Source of the DNA: Macrostomum lignano
Taxonomy: Eukaryota
Reading direction: 5' to 3'
Length of the DNA stretch: 64,000 bases
Assembly: GCA_002269645.1 (NCBI GenBank)
Contig: NIVC01003278.1
Coordinates: forward strand, 43,534 to 107,533
This document shows positions 46,496 to 59,200 of this stretch, piece by piece. Within the stretch, counting starts at the first letter, position 1; each line of letters begins with the position of its first letter. A model generated the notes under the pieces. That model saw only the letters and a program-made list of their open reading frames with translations. It was not told the origin of the DNA and ran no database searches. A program made the position numbers and the translations under genes.

Positions 46496-47995
46496 AGCAA
46501 TTCATCCTGGTTGCCGAAAGTTGACTGAAATAAAAAAAATCGGCTGGGTGTATACGTGACGGTTATTGAATATTACCTACCTACTTATGAATATTATGTG
46601 ATACTATGAATATTATTATATAGGTAATACTATGAATATTACCTACTGAATATTACCTACCTACTCATTGAATATTACCTATATATATCAAAGAATATAA
46701 AATCTATGGTCTAAATGAAAATAAACAACGCTCTTAAATCTGAGTGCCAGGCATGGAGGAAAGAATAGAATGGAGTGCTAATCTGAGCCAGCTATTTTCG
46801 TCCCACTCGATCTTCACCTTTAGTATCCCTTCCCCCCCGTTCCTTCCTATTGGCTCGTGACTGCCATAGACAAAGTCGTTTCGTTTTCGCCCCCCTCTGA
46901 AAGGTATGTCCCAGCATAGTACGAGCTCACATCAAAATATGCTTACAGCCAATGGGAGCCATAGTGCCAGTTCGTTCGGTCGGAATGAGAAGAACTTTAA
47001 ATAATTGATTGCATATTTATTCCTAGCGATAGCACCAAAAGTATTTGTTTCATATATTTTTAGTTTACGGACTAAAGCCAAAGCTCAGGCGGAACGCGAA
47101 AATCGTTAAAAATCTACGTCGGCATTATACATAAACTATAAATATCATCTGGTCTGAAGTTGCCAACCACTGTGCGAAGAGAGTTTAAGTTAGAGGCGTC
47201 TTTGGTCTCTACCGTAGACGATTCTGAGAAAGGGAAATTGATTTGGTCGCCTGCACTTGGAGCTGAGCGCAAAGTGAATTAGCAAAAACTAAATAAAATC
47301 AGTAGAAGTGCCTGGAGTAAAAAAACCCATAAAGATACTCGTATAACGGTGTAAACAATCGCTTGTTCCAGCAAAGTCTTAATTTAACAATCTTAGACTT
47401 GGAGCTTTGCTTTGTTAATCAAAATTAACAATCAATAAGAAGTAGTCCAAATCTGATCTGTCGTGAAAAAACAACTCAAAACATCAGTACCGTTTTGAGT
47501 TTTGGAAAGATCTACCAATAGTTACTGTAAAAAAGATAATAATTCAATTAGGCACGCGGGTTAAGTCTAAGAAGAACGTGATAAAAATGTTTTCTATTAA
47601 AAATAAAGCACATAGCAATAACATCACCAGTTTCAGCTATTGGCAGAAACAAATTCAAACTACTATAAGTAATACAAACAGGAGCGCACACGTAAAATCA
47701 ACAAAATATATTCAAAAGGTAATTTGGAATTTATCGGAATTATTTTGTTAACAAGATGACGGCAATATTAAAGATCAGTAAGATTCACAAAAAAGTGATT
47801 TAACTATCAGGAGGGACATTGGGTCAATTAGACGCAACAAATCGTGAAAATGCTGACAGCCTTGCGTTTTTCTTGACAGACGGCTAGCATCGGAGGGTCG
47901 CCTTCCACGACTGCGAGGCCATATGGGTCAAACTTGTAACCACTATCAGTGCTACCAGAACCTTCTTCATGATCTTTGCTACTATTGCTACTGTC

Positions 47996-48164
47996 TTCTT
48001 CTTCTTCAGTCCTTTTCTCGCCTCGCGGCGTGGACGCTCTGCCGCCGACTCACTGGCAGGTCTTTCGATGTCTGGCCATGTTCGTGCGGGCCAGCATCCT
48101 CCCGCAGTCCGGGCACGGAGCTCTGGCGCTCTTGTAGATCCGCGCCGTAATCCCCGTCGTCATC
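47996..48164 (-). mobile_element. 5'-truncated non-LTR retroelement fragment (169 bp), 11-bp TSD, (GAA)4 tail
   Basis: TTGCTACTGTC at 47985-47995 and 48165-48175; insert encodes MTTGITARIYKSARAPCPDCGRMLARTNMARHRKTCQ*, 42-nt UTR, GAAGAAGAAGAA. Confidence 0.8.
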
Positions 48165-49618
48165 TTGCTACTGTCATCTCCTTCACTTTCGTTCTCGTCA
48201 TCTTCAGAAGCGAATTGAAGAGTCTGCAAAATGGTTCCGTCATTCAACAGGACATAAACTGAATCGGACAGACTCCGGCTAACAAAGACCAATCCGGATG
48301 AATGAACCGCAACATCGGCAGGAAATTCGAAATCGGCGGGCTCGCTCAAATCAGTGGGATACGATACTACGAGTTGGTGACTCACAATGCAAATCTTATG
48401 CAGCTGATCTGAAGCCCAATCGGTCATTAAAATGAAGTGGCCAAAAGCAGACAGACCTTCATAAAGTACACCGCTATTAGTTGGGTAGTACTTCGATACG
48501 TCAATGACAGACTGCAATTGCTCGCCATCCTTTGCCAGACAAAAAATGCTGGAATTTTTCTGCTCCAAAAGAAACAATTTGTCCGAATTTCCGGTCATAC
48601 CGACGAATTTGCATTCAGAAAGACCTAAGCTTTGGGCGTAGACGGCATGAGTTATAGAGCCACTCAGATCTGCCACAGTCACAACGCTAGACTGTGCGAT
48701 ATACAAACTTTGCCTATCGCTGTCACACTGAAGTCCAACAGCTTCCACAGACCAATCGATAGCACAGTTGACAGCTAGTCGCAATGTTCCATCAATTGAT
48801 GTGGCAAGAATATGGTCCATACCAGAGTTAACATGAAAAACTACAAACAAGCACTGAGATGTAAGGCTAATAGGCTTACTAACGACAGTTGATGCCTTCA
48901 CCAAGTTGCCTTCTGAGTTTCCAACGTATCCGTTGGTGTTGCTGCAAACTGCAATCCATTGTGGCGCACCTTCAAGCTCTAGAATTTCGCAATGAAGCTG
49001 ACACAGCTCTTTCTCTTCCGTTTGGCTCGGAGTCTCTTTTGTTTCGCAGAGTCTTGAAATTTCTTTCATTTTCACTTCATTTAGCAAGCGAAGATCCCTC
49101 AAGCCACCGCTAACATCGCCAACAACTCTGGCATCGCAATTTACTTTCTCGTTGGCTTCAAGCTTCTCTTCTAGGTCAGTGCACTTTAGCTCCATTTCAG
49201 AAGTGAGTTCAAACACCTTTCTAGTGTTTTCATCACCCTCCGCTGCAGCAATTGCACTCTCATATTCCTGCAGCATTGAAAACTCTCCTAAATTTTGCAA
49301 AGCATTGTCGTGCCTTTCAGTCAACAGAGTAGTGACAGCTGACCTCCGCTTTACCCACGAGTCCAAAGCTTCATCAAACAGATCCTCTACAGCCTGCAGC
49401 TCAACAGCCAGAGTTTGCTGACGAATCCTAATCTTGTCCCGCTCGGCAAGCATCGGCTCTAACCTAGCCTTCATCGAAATTCGTAATTCTCTAACTTTCT
49501 CTCTGTCCTGGGCCAGGTGCCTTTCACAGAGTGGCTGAGGAATCCGACCACCAAAACCGGATGCGGGGTTGACGCAACCTCGAATGAAGCACTGGTCGGA
49601 AGCAGATTGCTCAGACAT
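48050..49618 (-). CDS. Paralog B (522 aa) whose native C-terminus is displaced by an in-frame insertion; orphaned native tail at 47995-47828
   Basis: CFIRGCVNPASGFGGRIPQPLCERH, PADVAVHSSGLVFVS; same frame beyond TGA reads DSSNSSKD..FDPYGLAVVEGDPPMLAVCQEKRKAVSIFTICCV*, homologous to the paralog A tail. Confidence 0.85.
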   Translation of the reverse strand: MSEQSASDQCFIRGCVNPASGFGGRIPQPLCERHLAQDREKVRELRISMKARLEPMLAERDKIRIRQQTLAVELQAVEDLFDEALDSWVKRRSAVTTLLTERHDNALQNLGEFSMLQEYESAIAAAEGDENTRKVFELTSEMELKCTDLEEKLEANEKVNCDARVVGDVSGGLRDLRLLNEVKMKEISRLCETKETPSQTEEKELCQLHCEILELEGAPQWIAVCSNTNGYVGNSEGNLVKASTVVSKPISLTSQCLFVVFHVNSGMDHILATSIDGTLRLAVNCAIDWSVEAVGLQCDSDRQSLYIAQSSVVTVADLSGSITHAVYAQSLGLSECKFVGMTGNSDKLFLLEQKNSSIFCLAKDGEQLQSVIDVSKYYPTNSGVLYEGLSAFGHFILMTDWASDQLHKICIVSHQLVVSYPTDLSEPADFEFPADVAVHSSGLVFVSRSLSDSVYVLLNDGTILQTLQFASEDDENESEGDDSSKMTTGITARIYKSARAPCPDCGRMLARTNMARHRKTCQ

Positions 49619-50855
49619 AGATGCAGCATGAATTCAATATTGGTGGTATTCAGTTTAACGTAAATTCTTGTTGCGGAGAAATATTGTTTTCAGATGAGAT
49701 AGTGGCAGAAATTATCCAATTCTGAACACTCCAGTTACAATAACTCCTCTTAAAAGTACGTATCTAACGAGGCGAAAGAGTCTAAGGTAATCGCGTCTCG
49801 CTTCACAATCCATCACGAACAAACGATTTGGCGCTTGTAAATAAAAAAAATTACCGGTGCAATTCTGCGGCTTTGCATATTCCAAAAAATGTCTTTGAAA
49901 CGAAAGGTTGTAAAAAGGGACAAATAGTAGAGCGACTATTTGGGCTATTGAGTTCGTTTGAAGTTCGTTTGAATCTCTAACGACAATGACATGCTTTATA
50001 TTAGAGCTCGCTACATAATTAGAAACTAAACAAATCAAATGCAATTCTTTTAATGTCCAAAATAAATTAAAACTTTGGCATATATTTTTTGTTTAAAACA
50101 AAAAAGACAAACGGTACAGCTGTAAGAATTTAGCTATAAAGACACGGCGACGCCAAGTGGATTTACAATTGCCAGTAATTCCTAAAGAGGGGTTTATTAA
50201 GCTCTTCGGTTTGACAGAAACTACGTGTTAAAGCTTTAAAATAATAATAATTAATAAACAAGTTTTCACTGAAATGCCACTGCAATGTACTAGCATATTA
50301 CTGCCACAGCAAAGTAGAAACTAAATTTTCATTCAGTTGCAAATTATACAGACTTCCATAGTAATATGCAGACTTAGACAGACATGTAAAAATGCTTAAG
50401 TCTTGGATTCAGGTTTGAGTGCCATTGCATTTCTCTTAAAAAATTATAGTGCATGTAATTTATTGTAGATTTCTTATTCTTTAGTTATGCTGGAGTCAAT
50501 AATGAAAAAACGGAGATTTTTTATTTGAAGCGTAAAATCAAAGCAAAGTAAAATGACAGTTCACTGCATAAATAACAATGATACTTGAATAAAAACTACC
50601 TGAACTTTTAATTTAGCTTACAAACAAAATTGTAAAAGTAAGTAATTCAACCTAAAATTAACAATAATATGAGAAAATGCAAGTCAAATTTAACTTGAGA
50701 ATGGAAAAAAAACGTGTAGGCCGAATACAACGAACCAAAACCTCGAATTATGGAAAAAATAAAAAGCTAATGCGTGCAAAAACCTGGAACCAAAAAACAA
50801 CTATATAATTTGACTTGTAAGACGCGTCGGTCAGTCGTCGCACAATGTATAGAAA

Positions 50856-52397
50856 TCACTCGCAGTCAATGCGAATGCGGTAAACGCTGATGCTATTTCC
50901 TATTCGCTGGGACACTAGTAGCAAATCGGGTTTGCCATCAACGATGGTAAGCCGGCACGGCTTGTTCATGGGCTCATTAATTGGGCCAAAAATACTGATT
51001 GTTCCGAGGCTCTGCAACAGAAACCCGTCGTTTCTTAGGACGCGCACCATATGCTTTGAACGCTCGCTGACAAATATGAGGCCAGAGCGGTGAGCCGCAA
51101 CACCGGACGGGTCTGCGATGGTTTTTAGCGCGGTTTCTTTGCTTGGATACGATACGATTACATGACCGCTCGCGATGCAGACTTTATGTAGCAACTTAGC
51201 GTTCCAATCGGTCAGTAGCAAGGCGTTGTCTAGCACAGCCATGCTCTCAATGTGAGTACCATAGTGAGAAATACCTTTGATTGAAATAACGGACTGGACC
51301 CTACCACTGCCTTTGTCGATGCAAAACACTTGCTTGCTCTGCTCACACTGCTGTAAAGCAAATATCTTGTCCGTATTGCAGGTCATCCCGATTAGCTGGC
51401 ACTGCTGGCCAAAGTTGCTAGAGTCAACGAAACGCATCGCTTTACCGCTAAGATCTGTCATCCGTACTGAATCGGACTGAGCAACAAAGAGAGCCTGCCG
51501 TTTGCTATCGCAGCAAAGTCCGACAATTGGCTTGGACCAGTCGATATTGCTGTACACTTTTAGTCGGATAGATCCATCTATTGAGCATGCCGAAAAATGA
51601 TCAACTTTTGATGTTGAATGGAATGCAACAAAAATGCACGGCTCAGGAATGGGAACAACAATGTCATCTGCAGCCGGATCCGCCTTGATAACTCGATTCA
51701 ATGTGTCAGCGGTGAAACCTTTCGTATTGCTGCAAGATGTCACGTGAGTAGGAGAGCCCTCTAGATTAGCAATTTTGCACTGGAACTCACAGATGGAAGT
51801 CTCTTTAGAGGGCATACCTCCAGGCTCGCAAAGCTGCATCGTGTAACTCATTTGTCGGCTAATTGACAGCTGCAGATCTCTAAGGCTACCGCTAATGTCA
51901 CCAACGATTCTCTGAGCACAGTTTTGGTTATTATTGTCGAGCTCAATTTGCTCTTCCAGGTCGCTAGATTCAAGATCCATCGCGGCAGTTAGGTCAAAAA
52001 CTTTCCTAACGTCATTGTTATTCTCAGCTTCAGTGACGGCGCTTTTAAACTGTTGCAGTATGGAGAACTTGCTCAGCTTCTGCAGCACACTGTTGTGCTT
52101 TGTAGTTAGTCGGTCTAGAATAACAGTTTTCCACTTTGTCAGCAAAGCCAATACAGACTCGAACAGTTCCTCGGACTCTTCCAGTTCTGCAGCAAGGGCC
52201 TGTTGCTGCAATCGAAGAACGTTTCTGTGAGCCAGGAAAGTTTTCAGCTTATTAAGCACAGATTTGTGAAACTCTTGCACTCTCTGCTTGTCCTGTTCAA
52301 GATGCCTCTCACACAACGGATGCGGTATTCTTGCGCCAGTGCCCGAGACGGGAGCGACGCAGCCTCGGATGTAGCATTCTGGATCTGTGCCGCTCAT
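50856..52397 (-). CDS. Paralog C: Cx4Cx15Cx2H finger, coiled coil, NHL-like propeller, ~513 aa
   Basis: MSGTDPECYIRGCVAPVSGTGARIPHPLCERH; DPSGVAAHRSGLIFVSERSKHMVRVL. Confidence 0.85.
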   Translation of the reverse strand: MSGTDPECYIRGCVAPVSGTGARIPHPLCERHLEQDKQRVQEFHKSVLNKLKTFLAHRNVLRLQQQALAAELEESEELFESVLALLTKWKTVILDRLTTKHNSVLQKLSKFSILQQFKSAVTEAENNNDVRKVFDLTAAMDLESSDLEEQIELDNNNQNCAQRIVGDISGSLRDLQLSISRQMSYTMQLCEPGGMPSKETSICEFQCKIANLEGSPTHVTSCSNTKGFTADTLNRVIKADPAADDIVVPIPEPCIFVAFHSTSKVDHFSACSIDGSIRLKVYSNIDWSKPIVGLCCDSKRQALFVAQSDSVRMTDLSGKAMRFVDSSNFGQQCQLIGMTCNTDKIFALQQCEQSKQVFCIDKGSGRVQSVISIKGISHYGTHIESMAVLDNALLLTDWNAKLLHKVCIASGHVIVSYPSKETALKTIADPSGVAAHRSGLIFVSERSKHMVRVLRNDGFLLQSLGTISIFGPINEPMNKPCRLTIVDGKPDLLLVSQRIGNSISVYRIRIDCE

Positions 52398-54674
52398 TTT
52401 GCTGCAAGATACATGCAAATGCAATGTATTGATTGACAAGATAATAATATATATCAGGCATTTATCTAAGATGAGATAGGTAACCTAATTAGCTGAATGT
52501 ACCAGCATCTAAATTTTACAGTTTTTTGTGATTGAAGAAAAAAATTAAATAAAAAATATTTTACTCTATCTACCATCTGACCTCACAAACTTACATACGT
52601 CACAGGACCTAGATAAACACGAAAAAATAAAGGATACAAAAATGACTCATTTGAGTGTTTTACACTCATTGTAATAGAAACTCCTGCGATCAAGAAACAT
52701 GATTGTATAAATTATTAAAGATCCACATTAAAATAAAGCCACCAATATTTTCGAGAAAAGATTTGTATCCTTAATTTTGAGGCATTTAAATAATCAAAAG
52801 ACATAAGAAGTATACGAGATGCCGAATAAACGTCAAAAATGAATTTCAATCGAAAACAAAATCATGCAATCGCGTAAAAGTTGCTATTCAATAAAAATAG
52901 CGGCAATTTATTAAAAGTAACTTGTTAATATACGGACTCAATCGGTACATGCCTATCGACTATATTCCTAGAACTGTTCCGGCAACACGAGCACGCTGCC
53001 GTAACTCACTACGTACCGTCGTTACTCGATACTCACATTGCCGGCCGTGGCGCGTTTCAACTTATTAACTTTAATTTTATTAATGATCCAACATTGTAAA
53101 CAGCCTAATGACAACAGAATGACAGTTGAATAATTAGTTATTTCAACACATTTGACGCAATGTTATGCTTCTTTCCGTGGCTTGTAAATGACGTCATGGA
53201 CCATAGAACATTGCTTCGTTACAACGCACAGGTGATAACTGATAACGCAATTATGTTATAATTGCATATCTTTTTTTAATTTGTATGAATAAATCAAGTC
53301 TTAAGGCTTTTTGCTTTAAAGAAAAACTTTTTGTGCAACTCGCCGCCGCATAACCGATTATGATTTTGAGTAATCTGTAACTGTACAAACTTAAAGTATA
53401 GTTATGCTTTTGCACTCTGAATTTGTAGTACGGGTCAAAATTGTCACTCAAGCAGAAGTGTTTTTTGTTAAATTGTTTATTTATATTTAGTTTTTAGTTA
53501 AAATATTGTTAAAAGCAACACTCTGTTATTGCTATTATTAAGTAAACAGTTATATAGATAACAGTTGTGAAACGGTTAGTTTTTTGCATTTCGCATAGGA
53601 CTTGCAGCAGTATATAAACCGTAACAGTTATTCTCTACTCCTAAAAAACAAGTCCAAGATGTATAAACACAAAACGAAATTCCTTATATACGTAAGTAAA
53701 TCGTTTTGTTTTAACTGGGGTTCTAAAGTGCTGGTGTCTCGAAGCTTGCTGTAATATACAGAAATAAAAATAAGTACAACGTTCTGAGAGCCAGTATTTT
53801 TGTAGAAATTTCTCACTTTTTCTTCAAATTTCGAAACTTCAATTTCTATTTGTCAACCTGGAAACACAGCTATCCTAGGACTATCAATTTATTGAAATCT
53901 AAAAAGAAATAAAAAACGATTTGTTTGCGAAATCTGCAATTAAAGAAACGATTGAGATCAAAATGTCATTCCTATTAGTGCAAATTTATATTTATTAAAT
54001 CGAATATGCACGGAAAATGATCAATATCTGCAAACATCTGCCGGAATGTCAACTATGTTGTGACAGGCTATGCTCATTATTTACTAGTAAAAGCACAGCG
54101 GCAGCTGTAGTATATCAGCAAGCACAGCCTTTTGAGGAATTAAAACAGTCAATATAGCTTTGAAAACATGGAAATCGATTCCAGCATCACTAATAATTTG
54201 AAGTAGAGAAACAAAGGCGAAAAAGCGATGTAAATTTAATCCAAACGCAGAACTGAGCAAAGCATATTAGGAAATTATAGAGAAACATTCAATCTCAGCT
54301 TGATAATATAGCACGGTTAAAAGTTACAACTACTCAAAACACGTGGAACTATAATTTTATTATGAAACATACAAAAATGAAAATGCTGCTTGCCTAATTC
54401 GTTCACTCATCTCGACAATCATGCAGTAGCTACCACAGATACTAGAACAACTAGATTTGTCGCTCGCAATCGCAATTTATGTTGTGAATAAGTCTACTTG
54501 TTTTCAGTAGTTTGTCTGCGCAGTTTCTTTTAAATTAAATGTGGCAGCTGACACCGGGGTTTGCCGCCTCAGGAGCATATTGGGTGAATAATGAACAAAA
54601 AGCATTAAACTCGATGTACACAAGTGAACGCAAGACGGACAAAACTCTGCCTAGGGAGCAGGCTCAATCTAGCT

Positions 54675-54860
54675 CAGCCAATGAGGGAGCAGTAAGGAGG
54701 GAGGGCAAAGTCAGAAGGACGAAACTCAGCCTAGGGGTAGGCCCAATCTGGATCAGCCAATGAGAGAGCAGTAAGGAGAGAGGGCAAAGTCAGACGGACG
54801 AAACTCAGCCTAGGGGTAGGCCCAATCTGGATCAACCAATGAGAGAGCAGTAAGGAGAGA
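54675..54860. repeat. 79-bp tandem duplication (~2.4 copies)
   Basis: CCAATGAG at 54678, 54757, 54836. Confidence 0.9.
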
Positions 54861-55771
54861 GGGTAAGGAGGCTTGCTATGCACACTGAAATTTGGAGTGC
54901 TAAATAAATCCTTGTTAAATATTTTCAAGCCTAAAGCGGTCTATAAAACAGGATGAAGATGCTAATTTAATCGATCTACTTGTAGAAACCAGAGGCCACC
55001 GTTGCAGCTTAAAAACTTAATATCAAGTAAAGCACAGCATTTTTGTGAGTGACAGATCTTTTTTTAGTATATGTGCTAGTTACATATACATGTATTAACA
55101 GTAACAATGATTAATCAAAGACAAAGCAAATCAACAATTTGCTATGAAATAGAAATGAAAAATGGTGCCAAAAATGAGTGAACATATCTACATGAACTAC
55201 AGAGACAGAAGAGAACTTAGAATACCTAAGCAAGAGATCAGTTTCAATAGTGTTAAAAATGACTTAGTACATTTTGCGCTTGCTAAAGAAAATATACATC
55301 CAAAAATTATTCCGAGTAGTAACGGTCAAAATAATAGTAGAAAACAAAGGGTATATTAGTTACAAAGACTAGTTGGCAGTCTAAAGATGATATCAAGGAA
55401 GTCAACACGGGGTTCCAGATACACAGCCAGAAAATGTCTTCACACTTACTACATACTTCACAGGAATTTAATAAACATGTAAGGCATACGAGCCCATAAT
55501 TTTCGATAAATATGAAACTATTTAATGGAGTTCGATTAGATGTTATAAGCAAAAGATAAATATAATACACCCTGTGCTTAAGAAATTATAGCAACTGATA
55601 GGCCACTAATACTTTAAAATCTATGCGTAATTATGGCTTTTCTATTTTTCTAGATCGGATTTAGGGGGGGGGAGGGTGCGATTCCTTTGCGTTGGCGACT
55701 GAACCTTTTTACTTTCACAGAACTATTTTTAGGTAAATACGGCGCTAATCAGAGCTTTTTTTGAAAATTAT

Positions 55772-56192
55772 CACGCATAAAAGTGGGGCAGTCACAATTT
55801 TTGATCACCGTCAATTAATGTGACCCTGCAATGTGACTGTCAAATAAATGGTTACTCACGTAAACGTCAATGTGACTGTCAAAAAATTAAACGACCGTCA
55901 TTTTCACCCCTGTGCGTTAGATTAGATTGATTTAAGAAAACATATAACGGCAAAAACAAACAACTTGATATAAGTGACCTTATATTTGAAGGTCACATAA
56001 GTGACCATTTATTTGATGATCACATTAGAGGGTCACGTAGATGGTCACATTGACGATCACATAAGTAGGCGTTTATTAGACGGTCACATAAGTGACCATA
56101 TATTTGACGGCCACATTGAAAGATCACTTTGACGGTCACATGCGATATCGTTGTTTGAGTGTCGAAATGTGACCGCTACACTTTTATACGGG
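55772..56192. mobile_element. Foldback element with terminal IRs and internal TGACCGTCAA/TTGACGGTCA-type subrepeats
   Basis: CGCATAAAAGTGGGGCAGTCACA vs TGTGACCGCTACACTTTTATACG; subrepeats in opposite orientation in each half; no clear TSD. Confidence 0.7.
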
Positions 56193-56295
56193 CAGTTGAA
56201 CACTCACTTTCATATCTAGGTGCTTGAACAAAACAGAAATAATAAATAATAATCCTGAGAAATCATTATTACAAACTACACAGCGCTGAGCAAGT

Positions 56296-59200
56296 CTACT
56301 CCAGAGCAGGAGGAAACAGGCGCTCTTCAACGTATTTCAATTGCCACACTTTCCCTGCCAATCGCTGGAATCTCTCCGGCCCCATTATGTCGCGCAGAGC
56401 GTCTTCGACGTCGTCTGGATCGCGCGAAGCGTCGTCAAGAACTTCGTAGCAACGTCGCAACAGTTGCAGACCGAGCTGTTGAAGACAGTCGCGCCTCAGC
56501 TGCACCATACGGTCGCGCATTCGTCCAGTACGGCCCAGGGTCTCCTCTTTAGACTCGATCGGTCCGCATTCGCTGTCGTCGGCTTCGTTGTCAACCTCCG
56601 TCGGGTTTGACGCTGACGCCAAGTCCGATGCCGCCGCCGCTCCAGACCTCGGCGAAGCTGCCGCAGCAGCCGCGGCCACAGTCAGAGTCTGGTTCATGTG
56701 CTCCACTAAATCGGCCATCTCCGCCGCCTGCTGCTGCTCGCGATCGCCTGAATTGCTTCGGCTGCCACCGCCGCCGCCGCCGCCGCCGCTAGAGCCGTTT
56801 CTATCGGCGGTTTTATCAGACACTGGCGATTGAGATTTCTTCTGTCTCTTCTGCCGCTTCTCTGAGGCATCCGCCTCGTGCTCGCTGCTGTCTCTGCCGG
56901 CATCGTTGCCGACTGCCGCCGCCGCTGGCACGGAAGCTTTCGGCGAATCGCGTGGCTGAAAATTAGCAAAAAAGAAATCGCTATTTATCTATTTTGGGGC
57001 TTGTAGCCTCGCGGTTAAGAGCGTCGAACTCACGACTGAAAAGGACCCACTCGGAACAGTTTGTAGTCCTTGAGCAAGGCACTTCAACTCTGCATTGCTT
57101 CAGTTCACCCAGCTGTAAAATGGGTGCCAGCATTAGCTGGGGTAATTGAAGGTGTGTGGCGACCCCCCCATCCTTGGGCTGAACAGCTGTACCCAGTCTT
57201 TAAAGTACCTAAAGCGGTACCTAGGTAAAAAAGCGCCCCAGAGTTGTTGCAGGGAACACGGGTAAAACAGGAACGACTCTAAAACGACGAGATGTCAGAG
57301 TAAAAATCGTTAAAGAGTCACTTTAAAAAGTAAATTTGAAGCGTCTGTCTGTCTGCCACTCTGAAACGACTTTGGGGCGCTTCTACACTGAATCTGGGGG
57401 CCGTATAGTCCCCCATATAGAGTTAGAACCGCATTTTGAATTTATAACAACAGCTTTATTTACTCTACTTGAGTTAGTAGAAATTTCAGCGCTAACACGA
57501 TTCGCTAACTCAAACAACTTCTAATGTACAAAACTTCAAACAACTCACTGAAAGTCTCGGATTGGCCGTCTTTGGTCTCATTTGCTTCTGTTTGAGCACT
57601 AGCGACTGCAGATTAGAATACTGTTCAGAGTTGGTAAATGCTGAAATTTACAAATATGTGCCATTGAATTAGATTTTCATGCATCAGATTCTATGGAGAT
57701 TTTTATGTACAGATTCTAGGGAGGTTATCATACAGATTTTAGGGAGATTTTCATGTACAGATTCTAGGGAGATTATCATGTACAGATTCAAGGGGTATAC
57801 TCATGTACAGATTCAAGGGGTATAATCATGTGCAGATTCAAGGGAGATTATCATGTACAGATTCAAGGGTATAATCATGTACAGATTCAAGGGAGATTAT
57901 CATGTACAGATTCAAGGGGTATACTCATGTACAGATTCAAGGGGTATAATAATGTACAGATTCTAGGGAGATTATCATGTACAGATTCAAGGGGTATACT
58001 CATGTACAGATTCAAGGGGTATAATCATGTGCAGATTCAAGGGAGATTATCATGTACAGATTCTAGGGAGATTATCATGTACAGATTCAAGGGGTATACT
58101 CATGTACAGATTCAAGGGGTATAATCATGTGCAGATTCAAGGGAGATTATCATGTACAGATTCTAGGGAGATTATCATGTACAGATTCAAGGGGTATACT
58201 CATGTACAGATTCAAGGGGTATAATAATGTACAGATTCTAGGGAGATTATCATATACAGATTCAAGGGGTATACTCATGTACAGATTCAAGGGGTATAAT
58301 CATGTACAGATTTTAGGGAGATTATCATGTACAGATTCAAGGGGTATACTCATGTACAGATTCAAGGGGTATAATCATGTGCAGATTCAAGGGAGATTAT
58401 CATGTACAGATTCAAGGGTATAATCATGTACAGATTCTAGGGAGATTTTCATGTACAGATTCAAGGGGTATAATCATGTACAGATTCAAGGGGTATAATC
58501 ATGTACAGATTCAAGGGAGATTATCATGTACAGATTCAAGGGGTATAATCATATACAGATTCAAGGGAGATTATCATGTACAGATTCAAGGGGTATAATC
58601 ATGTACAGATTCAAGGGAGATTTTCATGTACAGATTCAAGAGAGATTATCATGTACAGATTCAAGGGTATAATAATGTGCAGATTCAAGGGAGACTATCA
58701 TGTAAAAAAACATGTTAAATTGCGACTCACCTGGCGAATTGAGCCCCAAATGTTCGCGACGCCTTCGACGAGCGGCCGTGTTAACTCTGGGCGAAGCTTC
58801 AACAACAGCTTTTACCGCGGATGGTGTCGCTGCTGCCGCAGCCGCAGCCGCCGCAGACTCCGGCACAGCCTCAGCCTCGAGCTCCGAAGCTACCGACGAA
58901 GATTTTGGCAACTTCGGCGCTGGCGCCGTAGTCGATGGCGCCGAGGTGCACGACGAGGAGGAATTTCGTCTAGACGATGGAGACGAAAACGGAGGCATGG
59001 AAGGTTGCGGAGCCGGCGCTGCCGATGTCGGCGGTCGAGGAGGCCGTCGGACATGCTCCTGCTGGTGCTGCTGTCGTTGAAGTTGTTGCGCCGAAGATGG
59101 CGAAGGCGGCAACGGCTGCCGGCTGGCGCTGTTTGGCGCGGTGCCAGGACGTCGCGTACTTTCTAGGAATAGTTGAATACTCCGCCGAATGAACGGATCG

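Noticed and set aside
48050-48052. In-frame TGA in paralog B as selenocysteine or programmed readthrough
   Set aside because: Better explained as the retroelement's own stop inside a TSD-bounded insert; paralogs have no equivalent residue
54030-54540. Possible sixth NHL-family relic (INCDCERQ, DIPADV on minus strand)
   Set aside because: Only two short, weak peptide matches; indistinguishable from chance without alignment statistics
54675-54860. GGACGAAAC in the 79-bp repeat as a hammerhead ribozyme core
   Set aside because: No CTGANGA partner or stem II in the right position
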